DNA of 32,000 bases, from NCBI RefSeq assembly GCF_000284115.1, contig NC_017080.1:630001-662000 (forward strand), in the 5' to 3' direction. Position 1 is the first letter of the stretch; every line of letters begins with the position of its first letter. A model generated the notes under the pieces. That model saw only the letters and a list, made by a program, of their open reading frames with translations, was not told where the DNA came from and made no database searches. A program made the translations under genes and the position numbers. This DNA is from Phycisphaera mikurensis NBRC 102666. Its GTDB lineage: Bacteria; Planctomycetota; Phycisphaerae; Phycisphaerales; Phycisphaeraceae. Of this stretch, positions 24,639-32,000 are shown piece by piece.

Positions 24639-25589
24639 GTGCCGGACGACGCTCCCGATTGCGATGCCCAAGCCGGGGCGGGCCTGGACGCGGTGGCCGA
24701 GGTCGTGATCATCGGCCCGGGCTTGCTGGGCGCCAGCGTGGGGCTGGGCCTGCGGGCGGCGGGCTGGGCGGGCCGGATCACCGGCGTCGCCCGCAGCGCC
24801 GCCACGCTGGACGCGGCCGCCGCGGTCGGCGCCATCGACGGCGGCTTCGACGATCCCGAACCCGCGCTCGCCAACCTGAGCGGGCCGTCGCTGGTGATCG
24901 TCGCGGTGCCGCTGTCGGGGTTCGCGGCCGTGTTCAAGAAGATCGCCCCGCACCAGCGGCGGGGCCTGGTGACCACGGACCTCGGCTCGGTGAAGGCGCC
25001 CGCCGCGGCCGAGGCGAAGCGGCACCTCGCCCAGCCGCAGTTCTACGTGCCCGCCCACCCGATGGCGGGCTCGGAGAAGAGCGGGCCGGCCGCCGCGACC
25101 GCGGGCCTCTTCCGCGGCCGGCCGTGCGTGCTGTGCCCCGACGACGCCACCGACGCCGGCGCCCTCGCGCGTGTCGCCGCGCTCTTCGAGCGGCTCGGCG
25201 GGGAGGTCGTGACGATGACCGCCGCCGAGCACGACGCCCGCGTCGCCGCCGTCTCGCACCTGCCGCACCTCGCCTCGGTGCTGATCGCCCAGACCGCCGC
25301 CGCCATGGGCGCCGCCGCCGGTTCGGCCGGCCCCCCCGACGGCCGGGGGGCGCAGCCGCTGCAGCTCGCCTCGACCGGCTTCCGCGGGGCCACCCGCCTC
25401 GCCCTCTCGAACCCGCCGATGCGTCGCGACATCGTCCTCGCCAACCGCGAACGCATCGGCGAGGCGCTCGACCGCTTCGCCAAGCAGCTCAACCAGCTGC
25501 GGGGGGAGATCCGCAAGGGCGACCACGACGCGCTGCTCGCGCGCCTCGAAGAGGCCCAGGGGATCCGGGCCTCCGTCGAGGGCGACTGA
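24639..25589 (+). CDS. tyrA: prephenate/arogenate dehydrogenase
   Basis: GTG start at 24639. Rossmann motif VVIIGPGLLGASVG, DLGSVK and FVPAHPMAGSEKSG are present. 316 aa. Confidence 0.85.
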   Translation: MPDDAPDCDAQAGAGLDAVAEVVIIGPGLLGASVGLGLRAAGWAGRITGVARSAATLDAAAAVGAIDGGFDDPEPALANLSGPSLVIVAVPLSGFAAVFKKIAPHQRRGLVTTDLGSVKAPAAAEAKRHLAQPQFYVPAHPMAGSEKSGPAAATAGLFRGRPCVLCPDDATDAGALARVAALFERLGGEVVTMTAAEHDARVAAVSHLPHLASVLIAQTAAAMGAAAGSAGPPDGRGAQPLQLASTGFRGATRLALSNPPMRRDIVLANRERIGEALDRFAKQLNQLRGEIRKGDHDALLARLEEAQGIRASVEGD

Positions 25590-25751
25590 GGCCGCGGGGC
25601 GGCGCGAGCTCGGGCCGCCCGTCGGGGCGAGGGCGGCGGTCCTCGCCGGGCAGCCGCTCCTCGCTGGGCAAGACCGTGCTTCCGGCTCCAGCCCCTCAGG
25701 GATCTCCACCGGCCCCGGGCGGCGCAACCGGAACAATGTTCACCGCTGCCG

Positions 25752-25779
25752 TTAAGTCGCCGCGGCCGCCGCACGATGA
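25752..25779 (+). promoter_or_regulatory. weak sigma28 (FliA)-like promoter candidate upstream of flagellin
   Basis: TTAAGTCG…(15-16 nt)…CACGATGA compared with the consensus TAAAGTTT-N11-GCCGATAA. Only the CGAT core and the TAA(G) match, and the spacing is ambiguous by 1 nt. Confidence 0.25.
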
Positions 25780-25974
25780 CTTGCCTGTTGCCCGACCGGC
25801 GTCTACCGGATCGGCACGAGGATCGGGTTGGGGCTCGTCGCCCCGGCTTCCGTGCCCAAGAGCAACCGGCAGCGGCCACGCGGCTGCCGACATCCGCCCG
25901 GCAGGCCCGCCCCCATGGAGGGAGGCGGGCCGGGGCGTCCCGCCGGATGCCGGTAGAGAAAGCAGAAGCCTTTT

Positions 25975-27462
25975 ATGAGTCGGATCAACACCAACGTCAG
26001 CTCCTTGCTCGCACAGCGATCGCTGGGAGCCACCAACAGAACCCTCAACCAGTCGCTCGAGCGGCTGTCCACGGGCCTCCGCATCAACCGCGGTGCGGAC
26101 GATCCCGCCGGCCTGATCGCCAGCGAGAACCTGCGGAGCCAGAAGGTCTCCATCACCTCGGCCATCGACAACGCCGAGCGTGCCGAGCAGGTCGTCAACA
26201 TCGCCGAGGGCGGCCTCGGCGAGATCAACAGCCTCCTGCTGGAGGTCCAGAGCCTCGTCGGGGCGTCGGCCAACGAGGCCGGCATCTCCGACGCGGAGAA
26301 GGAGGCCAACCAGCTGGAGATCGACTCGATCGTCCAGACGATCGACCGGATCGCCAGCACCACCAGCTTCCAGGGCACCAAGCTGCTCAACGGCAACTAC
26401 GGCTTCCAGACCGAAGCCGTCGACGCCAACGTGGAGAACATCACCGTCAACGCCGCGAAGATCCCCTTCGGCGAGAGCCGCGACGTGGAGGTCCTCGTGA
26501 CCGGCGAGGCCCAGAAGGGCGGCGTCGTGCTCTCCTTCGGCGGCACGGAGGTCAGCGGCACCGGCGGCGAGCTGTTCACCATCGACGTCACCGGCACCGG
26601 CGGCTCCCGCCAGTTCACCTTCGCCAGCGGCACCGGCATCGCCGACATCAGCTCCGCCATCAACACCTTCTCCGACGTCACCGGCGTCACCGCCTCGGCC
26701 AGCGGCACGGCGCTGAACCTCAGCTCCGAGGGCTTCGGCTCCGACGACTTCGTCTCGATCGACGTCGTGAACGCCGCCGGGCTCACCGGCAACGTGGCCC
26801 GCCTCTCCGGTGCCGCCGTCCAGGCCAGCGACCCGGGCACCACCGCCCTCGCCGACGTCACCAGCCCGCTGCGGGACGAGGGCGTCGACGTCAAGGCGAC
26901 GATCAACGGCGTCAACGCGACCGGCAAGGGCCTCGAGGCGAAGATCAGCACCGACTTCCTCGACGTCGCGGTGGAGCTCAAGGAGTCCGGCAACACCGTC
27001 GGCAAGAACGAGGCCGCGACGATCACCGGCGGCGGGGCGACGTTCAACCTCGGGCCCAACGTCGACATCGGCAACCAGGTCTCGATCGGCATCAACAACG
27101 TCGCCGCCCGCAACCTCGGCCGCGTCGGCTCGGACACCCTCGCCAGCCTCTCCTCGGGCAGCGGCCTCAACGTGGTCGACGGCGACCTCACCCAGGCCCA
27201 GAAGGTCGTCAACGCGGCCATCACCGAGGTCGCCGGCCTCCGCGGCCGCCTGGGCGCTTTCCAGAAGAACACCGTCGGCTCGACCATCCGCAGCCTCGGC
27301 GTCGCCCTGGAGAACACCTCCGCCGCCGAGTCGTCGATCCGCGACACCGACTTCGCCGCCGAAACCGCCGCCCTCACCCGGGCCCAGGTCCTCCAGCAGG
27401 CCGCGACCAGCACCTTGAGCCTCGCGAACAGCGCCCCGCAGAGCGTGCTCGGCCTCCTGTAA
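25975..27462 (+). CDS. fliC: flagellin
   Basis: N-terminus MSRINTNVSSLLAQRSLGATNRTLNQSLERLSTGLRINRGADDPAGL. C-terminus …RGRLGAFQKNTVGSTIRSL…IRDTDFAAETAALTRAQVLQQAATSTLSLANSAPQSVLGLL. These are the canonical D0/D1 flagellin termini. 495 aa. Confidence 0.95.
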   Translation: MSRINTNVSSLLAQRSLGATNRTLNQSLERLSTGLRINRGADDPAGLIASENLRSQKVSITSAIDNAERAEQVVNIAEGGLGEINSLLLEVQSLVGASANEAGISDAEKEANQLEIDSIVQTIDRIASTTSFQGTKLLNGNYGFQTEAVDANVENITVNAAKIPFGESRDVEVLVTGEAQKGGVVLSFGGTEVSGTGGELFTIDVTGTGGSRQFTFASGTGIADISSAINTFSDVTGVTASASGTALNLSSEGFGSDDFVSIDVVNAAGLTGNVARLSGAAVQASDPGTTALADVTSPLRDEGVDVKATINGVNATGKGLEAKISTDFLDVAVELKESGNTVGKNEAATITGGGATFNLGPNVDIGNQVSIGINNVAARNLGRVGSDTLASLSSGSGLNVVDGDLTQAQKVVNAAITEVAGLRGRLGAFQKNTVGSTIRSLGVALENTSAAESSIRDTDFAAETAALTRAQVLQQAATSTLSLANSAPQSVLGLL

Positions 27463-27519
27463 GCGGGCCTCCCCAATTCACGCATCACCCGACCTGCCCC
27501 GCGGGGCGGAGGGTGGAGA

Positions 27520-27558
27520 AAACCCCCGGGCTCGCTTCTAACGGCGGGCCCGGGGTTT
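27520..27558 (+). terminator. hairpin downstream of flagellin
   Basis: AAACCCC(C)GGGC (27520-27531) pairs with GCCCGGGGTTT (27548-27558) with one bulge. Only a short T-rich tail follows. Confidence 0.4.
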
Positions 27559-27724
27559 CGCTTGCGCCGCGGACCGCGGCCGTTTTCCGGCCCGGATGCC
27601 CGCGGTCCGCGGCGGGGTCCGCGGCCGGTGGGGCGGAGGTCCGACGCCGGGGCGTCGGAGACGCCCGCCTCCGCGGGAAGGGGCGGGAGCGTCGGGACCA
27701 CGCGGCGGGAGCAGCCGCTAGGCT

Positions 27725-27864
27725 GAGGCCCGACGCCTCCTGGAGAGGCGGTCGGGCCCGGTGCGCGGGCGGGCACGTGAACCGGGTCAGGCCTTGACCG
27801 GAGCAGCCCTAAGCGTCGTCCGCCCGGCGCCGCCGGTGTTCTGACCGTCTCTCCAGCGGGCCTC
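27725..27864 (+). ncRNA. ffs: signal recognition particle RNA (4.5S-like) candidate
   Basis: Long imperfect hairpin. A 14-bp stem pairs 27740-27753 with 27843-27856 (one G.U). An outer 8-bp stem pairs 27725-27732 with 27857-27864. Inner helices are CCGG/CCGG and GGGCGG/CCGCCC. The apical region ACCGGGUCAGG-CCUUGACCGG-AGCAGCCCUAAG aligns with E. coli 4.5S ACCAGGUCAGG-UCCGGAAGGA-AGCAGCCAAGG, with the same AGG/AGCA symmetric-loop residues, the same ACC asymmetric loop and the same 10-nt apex length. It sits directly upstream of dnaX, as scr does in B. subtilis. The apical loop is not GNRA and the ends are uncertain. Confidence 0.55.
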
Positions 27865-27913
27865 CCGGCCCCGCCCGTCCCCCGCCCCGAACCGCCCGCC
27901 CCACCCGCTCGAT

Positions 27914-29116
27914 ATGGCTTACACGGTCCTGGCACGCCGGTACCGGAGCCAGCGGTTCGCGGGCGTGATCGGCCAGCAGCCGGTTGCCGAAACGCTCAAG
28001 AACGCCATCGCCTCGGGGCGGGTGGCGCACGCCTACCTCTTCTGCGGGACCCGCGGCGTCGGCAAGACGTCGATGGCGCGGCTCTTCGCCCGGGCGCTCA
28101 ACGCGCCCGATACGGTGGAGGACGCGCCCCGGGCGGAGGGCGTCGCGTACCCGCCCGAAGACGTGCAGGAACGGATGGCCCAGGCGATCATGTCCGGGCA
28201 GGACATGAACGTCGTGGAGATCGACGGGGCGAGCAACAACTCGGTCGACAACGCCCGGCAGCTCATCGCCAACGCCGGTCTGTCGCCCACCGCGAACGCG
28301 CTCTACAAGATCTACATCATCGACGAGGTCCACATGCTCTCGGGCGCGGCGTTCAACGCCCTGCTCAAGACGATGGAGGAGCCGCCGCCGCACGTGAAGT
28401 TCATCCTGTGCACCACCGAGGCGCACAAGGTTCCCCCCACGATCCAGTCGCGCTGCCAACGGTTCGAGTTCCGCGACATCCCGACCGCGCAGATCGCCGA
28501 GCACCTCCGCGGCGTGCTCGACGGGGAGCAGACCCAAGCCTCCGACGAGGTGCTCTGGCAGGTGGCCCGGCTCGGCCGCGGCTCGATGCGGGACGCGCTG
28601 TCGCTGATGGACCGCCTGCTCGCCACCGGGGAGAACCCGCTGACGCCCCGGGTGCTCAGCGACATGCTCGGGCTGCCCCAGCAGTCGCTGGTCACCGGGC
28701 TGGTCTCGGCGATGGCGGCCGGCGACCTGCCCGGCACGCTGGAGGGCACGGCCGAGCTGCTGGGCCGGGGCGTCGGGCAGGACCAGCTCACCGAGGTGCT
28801 CATCGAGTTCCTGCGCAACCTCATGCTGATCGCGGCGTGCGGCCCCGGCAGCGAGCTCGTCGAGCTCTCCGAGGACGTGAAGCCCGAGGCGGCGGAGCTG
28901 GCGGAACGCTTCGACGCCGCCGGGCTCGTGCACATGATGACGCTGCTGGAGAACCTGCAGCGGTCGGCGAAGAGCTCGCCCACGCCGCGCGCCCTGCTCG
29001 ACGCGACCGTGGTGCGGCTGGCGCTCTCCGAGAAGGTCGCCGACGTGGCGGGCCTGCTGGCCGGTCCGGGCGGTCCGGGCGGCCCGGACGGTCCGGGCGG
29101 AAAAAAAAAAGCCTGA
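27914..29116 (+). CDS. dnaX: DNA polymerase III subunit gamma (zero-frame product of dnaX, 400 aa)
   Basis: MAYTVLARRYRSQRFAGVIGQQPV, Walker A CGTRGVGKTS, Walker B YIIDEVHML, LLKTMEEPP and sensor QSRCQRFEF are present. The frame ends …GPGGPGGPDGPGGKKKA-TGA immediately after the A10 run. Confidence 0.9.
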   Translation: MAYTVLARRYRSQRFAGVIGQQPVAETLKNAIASGRVAHAYLFCGTRGVGKTSMARLFARALNAPDTVEDAPRAEGVAYPPEDVQERMAQAIMSGQDMNVVEIDGASNNSVDNARQLIANAGLSPTANALYKIYIIDEVHMLSGAAFNALLKTMEEPPPHVKFILCTTEAHKVPPTIQSRCQRFEFRDIPTAQIAEHLRGVLDGEQTQASDEVLWQVARLGRGSMRDALSLMDRLLATGENPLTPRVLSDMLGLPQQSLVTGLVSAMAAGDLPGTLEGTAELLGRGVGQDQLTEVLIEFLRNLMLIAACGPGSELVELSEDVKPEAAELAERFDAAGLVHMMTLLENLQRSAKSSPTPRALLDATVVRLALSEKVADVAGLLAGPGGPGGPDGPGGKKKA

Positions 29117-29742
29117 CCGCCGCTGAAGCGGCGGGGCGGCCGGCCCCGTCCGCACCGCCCGCTCCCCGCCCGCCCGCGCCCGCTTCCGTGCCGGCCGCGG
29201 TCCCGCCCCCGGCCGTCGCGGCCCCGCGCCCGCCGGCGGAGCGGGCGCAGCCGGACACCTCCGACCCCGCCGCGGCCTGGGCGGCCGTGGTCGCCGCGCT
29301 GGAGGCCCACAACGCGTGGGCCTGGCTCGACCAGGTCGCTCTCGCTTCCGGCGGCGACGACGCGGGCGTGCTGTGCCTGCGCATCCGCCCCCGGCCCGCC
29401 GCCGCCGGTGTTTCCCGCCTCGCCACGCCCGACCGACTCGATCGGCTCGCCGCGCAGGCCACCGCCGTCCTCGGCCGCCGCACGCGGATCACCCTCGTCG
29501 CCCACGAGCGGCCCGCCGCCTCCCCCGGCCCCGGCCCCGGCGCCGCCCACGCCGCCGCCGGGGCCCTGGGCAGCCGGGTCGCCGCCGAAGCCGCCGAGGC
29601 CAACGCCCAACGCCAGGAGGCGATGGGCCGCCCGCTGGTCCGGGCCGTGCTCTCGGTCTTCCCCGACGCCGTGCTCGTCCGGGCGGAGAAGAAGAAGCGG
29701 AGGCCGGGCGCCCAAGCGGAGCCGGAGGCCACGGACGCCTGA
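27914..29742 (+). CDS. dnaX: DNA polymerase III subunit tau, predicted only via -1 ribosomal frameshift or +1A transcriptional slippage at 29101-29110 (about 609 aa)
   Basis: The -1 frame (track ORF 28408..29742) reads …KKKSLTAAEAAGRPAPS…AAWAAVVAALEAHNAWAWLDQVALASGGDDAGVLCLRIRP…RTRITLVAHE…AMGRPLVRAVLSVFPDAVLVRAEKKK after the run. Before the run it is Arg/Gly junk. Confidence 0.55.
29101..29134 (+). promoter_or_regulatory. candidate recoding signal: A10 slippery run, 6-nt spacer, 7-bp GC stem with UGAA loop
   Basis: The A run is 29101-29110 and the spacer gcctga is 29111-29116 (it includes the zero-frame stop). CCGCCGC (29117-29123), tgaa, GCGGCGG (29128-29134) form the stem-loop. Confidence 0.6.
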
Positions 29743-29787
29743 TCCGCATCCCAAGACAATGAGAAGCGTCCGTCGATGCGCCGGCGG

Positions 29788-29893
29788 GGTGCCACGCCGC
29801 TTGCGGGGTGGGGTGTCCGCAGGGCACGCGGCCCGTCCGTGCCCGCGCTGGCGTCGCCTCCGGCGACCGCCACCTCGCAAGCGGCGTGGCACC
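29788..29893. repeat. 18-bp perfect inverted repeat enclosing two inner hairpins (between convergent dnaX and lpxA)
   Basis: GGTGCCACGCCGCTTGCG (29788-29805) pairs with CGCAAGCGGCGTGGCACC (29876-29893). Inner stems are GGGCACG/CGTGCCC (29822-29844) and GGCGTCGCC/GGCGA(C)CGCC (29850-29871). Confidence 0.6.
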
Positions 29894-29975
29894 GAGGGTG
29901 CCGAGTATCCGGCCCCAGGAGGTGGGTCGAAGGCGGAGCCCGCTTCCGGGCGGGCGTGGCACCCCGGCGTGCGGG

Positions 29976-30821
29976 TCACTTGCCCGGGTTCGTCCAGGCG
30001 TTGTCGCGGCGGAAGGTCTCGAGGTAGCGGCCGTGCTGGCCGCTGGCGGAGTTGCGGACCGAGGTCACCAGCCGCTGCACGTGCGGGTCGTGGGGGTACG
30101 CGTCCTCGAGGGCGTCGCAAGCGGCGTCGGTCCGGCCGACGCCGCCGGAGTCCGCCCGCGAGCTGTACAGCCGGCGGAACGCGTCACGCAGGTGCAGCCG
30201 GCTGTCGTCGCCGATGCCCTGCCGCTTGAGGCCCACGGAGTTGAGCCGGCGGACCTCGGCGGGGTTGCCCTCGATCGTCATGAACGGCGGCGAGTCCTTG
30301 GTGACGCGGGTCATGCCGCCGACGAAGCCGTGCCCGCCGATCGTCACGAAGTGGTGGATCGCCGAGGCGCCGCCCACGGTCACGTGGTCCTCGACGAGCA
30401 CGTGACCGGCCATCTGCACGCCGTTGGCGAGCACGACGTGGTTGCCGACGCGGCAGTCGTGGGCGACGTGCACGTACGCCATCAGCAGGTTGTGGTTGCC
30501 GACGCGGGTCTGGCCGCGATCGTTGGCGGTGCCCTTGTGCAGGGTCACGCTCTCGCGGATCTCGTTGTGGTCGCCGATCACCAGCTCCGTGTCCTCGCCT
30601 CCGAACTTCAAGTCCTGCGGATCGCCGCCGAGCACCGCGTTGGGCCAGACGGTGTTCCCCTCGCCCATCGTGGTGCGGCCGGTGACGGTGACGTGCGAGA
30701 TGAGCGTGGTGCCGGCGCCCAGGCGGGCCTTGGGACCGACCCAGCAGAACGGCCCGACGCGCGCGTCTTCCGCGAGCTGGGCGCCGGGTTCGATGATGGC
30801 GGTGGCGTGGATCGTGGGCAT
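29976..30821 (-). CDS. lpxA: acyl-ACP--UDP-N-acetylglucosamine O-acyltransferase
   Basis: Track ORF 29976..30941 trimmed to ATG 30821 (MPTIHATAIIEPGAQLAEDARVGPFCWVGP). It has left-handed beta-helix hexapeptide repeats and the C-terminal helical domain (…GLKRQGIGDDSRLHLRDAFRRLY). Confidence 0.95.
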   Translation of the reverse strand: MPTIHATAIIEPGAQLAEDARVGPFCWVGPKARLGAGTTLISHVTVTGRTTMGEGNTVWPNAVLGGDPQDLKFGGEDTELVIGDHNEIRESVTLHKGTANDRGQTRVGNHNLLMAYVHVAHDCRVGNHVVLANGVQMAGHVLVEDHVTVGGASAIHHFVTIGGHGFVGGMTRVTKDSPPFMTIEGNPAEVRRLNSVGLKRQGIGDDSRLHLRDAFRRLYSSRADSGGVGRTDAACDALEDAYPHDPHVQRLVTSVRNSASGQHGRYLETFRRDNAWTNPGK

Positions 30822-30862
30822 GACGGGGGCCCCGGGAGGAGCGTCTCCTTTCTCGACCGGCT

Positions 30863-32000
30863 TCAGCTCTGGTCGTCGTCGACCAGCATGAACTTCACTT
30901 CCGCCTCGGCGGCGACCTCCTCGGCGACGTAGGCCCGGCACCGCATGTGCGCGATGCGGCTGCGGATGCGGACGGCCTCGGCCTCGAGGATGAGCTGGTC
31001 GCCGGGGGTGACGGTGCGGCGGAGCTTGACGCGGTCCAGCGAGAGCATGATCGGAAGCTTGCCCACCTGCTCGAGGCTCTGGCCGATCAGCACCCCGGAG
31101 AGCTGAGCCATCGCCTCGACGATCAGCACGCCGGGCATGATCGGCGTGCCGGGGTAGTGGCCCTGGAAGAAGGGCTCGTTGATTGTCACGTTCTTGACGC
31201 CCAACGCCCGGCGGTCGCCGTCGATCTCCAGCACGCGGTCGACCAGCAGCATCGGGTAGCGGTGGGGCATCATCCGCAGCAGCCGGCGGACGTCGGCGAC
31301 GTTCGCGGTCCGGGCGAGCTCCATCCGGCCCTGCCGCCGCCCCTGCGTCACCAGCGCCCGGGCCAGCTCGTGGTTGAGGGGGTGGCCGGAGCGGCGTGCG
31401 ATGACGCGGCCGCGGATCGGCGAGCCCACCAGGGCGAGGTCGCCGAGGAGGTCGAGGATCTTGTGGCGGACCGGCTCGTCGGCGAAGCGGAAGGCGTTGC
31501 CGCCCAGCGGCCCGTCCTCGCCGATGACCAGCACCTCGGAGGGCGAGAGGTGGGCGAACAGGCCCTGGGCGAGGGCGGCCTTCGCCTCCGCCTCGAGGCT
31601 GAAGGTGCGCGAGGGGGCGATCTGATCGCGGTAGTCGTCGCCGTGCGTGCGGAACTGCTGCAGCTGCCGGCCGATCAGCGCGTTCTGCGGGCTGTAGTCC
31701 AGCTGGTAGGTGAGGTCCAGCCCGGGGTCGTGCGACGGCAGCGCCACCAGCTCGGCCTCGTCCTGCACGATGGTCACCGGCTCTTCGACCACCAGGTAGC
31801 GGCGGGCGGCCGCCTGCTCCCGCACGCCCGCCGAGGCGATGGCCTCGTAGAAAGGCAGCGCCGAGCCGTCGACGCCCGGCACCTCGGCCGCGTCGAGGTC
31901 GATGATCAGGTTGTCGATGGACCAGCCGGCGACGGCGGAGAGCACGTGCTCGCAGGTCTCGATCACCGCCTCGCCGAGCTTGAGCGCCGTCCGCCGCGAG
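30863..32000 (-). CDS. lpxC/fabZ: bifunctional UDP-3-O-acyl-GlcNAc deacetylase / 3-hydroxyacyl-ACP dehydratase (LpxC-FabZ fusion), 5'-partial
   Basis: The LpxC part includes …GHPLNHELARAL…. The FabZ part includes MPHRYPMLLVDRVLEID, NEPFFQGHYPGTPIMPGVLIVEAMAQ. The frame continues open to the right window edge. Confidence 0.9.
   Translation of the reverse strand, partial: SRRTALKLGEAVIETCEHVLSAVAGWSIDNLIIDLDAAEVPGVDGSALPFYEAIASAGVREQAAARRYLVVEEPVTIVQDEAELVALPSHDPGLDLTYQLDYSPQNALIGRQLQQFRTHGDDYRDQIAPSRTFSLEAEAKAALAQGLFAHLSPSEVLVIGEDGPLGGNAFRFADEPVRHKILDLLGDLALVGSPIRGRVIARRSGHPLNHELARALVTQGRRQGRMELARTANVADVRRLLRMMPHRYPMLLVDRVLEIDGDRRALGVKNVTINEPFFQGHYPGTPIMPGVLIVEAMAQLSGVLIGQSLEQVGKLPIMLSLDRVKLRRTVTPGDQLILEAEAVRIRSRIAHMRCRAYVAEEVAAEAEVKFMLVDDDQS

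Noticed and set aside
29042-29100. Tandem GGTCCGGGC-type 9-nt repeats just before the A10 run
   Set aside because: They are in-frame and encode a (GPG)n flexible linker at the end of gamma. This is not a noncoding repeat or a CRISPR-like array, although it may contribute to slippage context or length polymorphism.
1-32000. Search for CRISPR arrays, tRNA/rRNA genes, transposases, integrases, phage genes and toxin-antitoxin pairs
   Set aside because: I saw no regularly spaced direct repeats, no T-loop (GGTTCGAATCC-like) or rRNA signatures, and no recombinase-like ORFs. The window looks like core chromosome apart from the duplicated prepilin cassettes and the lone fic gene.

Overview
High-GC (about 72-75%) bacterial chromosomal window. 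It is most likely Planctomycetota, Phycisphaerae-like, judging from prepilin-type proteins with the GFTLIELLVVISIIALL...QMQNSTQLRGIHQG N-terminus, a fused lpxC-fabZ, and few Shine-Dalgarno sites. It is a core-genome neighbourhood around dnaA, not an obvious accessory island. I support 24 protein genes. In window order they are: a left-edge membrane-anchored protein missing from the ORF track, PMM/PGM, an MMPL/RND transporter translationally coupled to a CE4 deacetylase, a two-lobed retropepsin-like lipoprotein, rplU, panC, dnaA, a GNAT, an exported hypothetical, a small ORF plus GT2, an SDR, DUF3072, two tandem prepilin-type paralogs, a class II Fic, ispG, accA, tyrA, flagellin, dnaX, lpxA and lpxC-fabZ. 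Most long track ORFs (for example 474..3659-, 3368..5953-, 23060..24976-, 28312..30120-) are Arg/Pro/Gly/Ala-rich shadow frames of the real genes. Main points worth a second look: (1) dnaX stops two codons after an A10 run that is followed by a 6-nt spacer and a GC hairpin, and the tau-like C-terminus is open only in the -1 frame. (2) The two prepilin-type genes form a tandem cassette pair, each with its own promoter, a conserved 5' leader of about 450 nt and its own terminator, with a mosaic near-identity pattern that suggests gene conversion. (3) A 4.5S/SRP-RNA-like hairpin lies just upstream of dnaX and has a non-GNRA apical loop. (4) A DnaA-box cluster next to the only AT-rich patch lies upstream of dnaA. 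(5) An array of GCGACAT/ATGTCGC inverted repeats covers the fic start region. I saw no CRISPR array, tRNA/rRNA, transposase or integrase. All functional calls rest on motif recognition by eye; no database search was possible.
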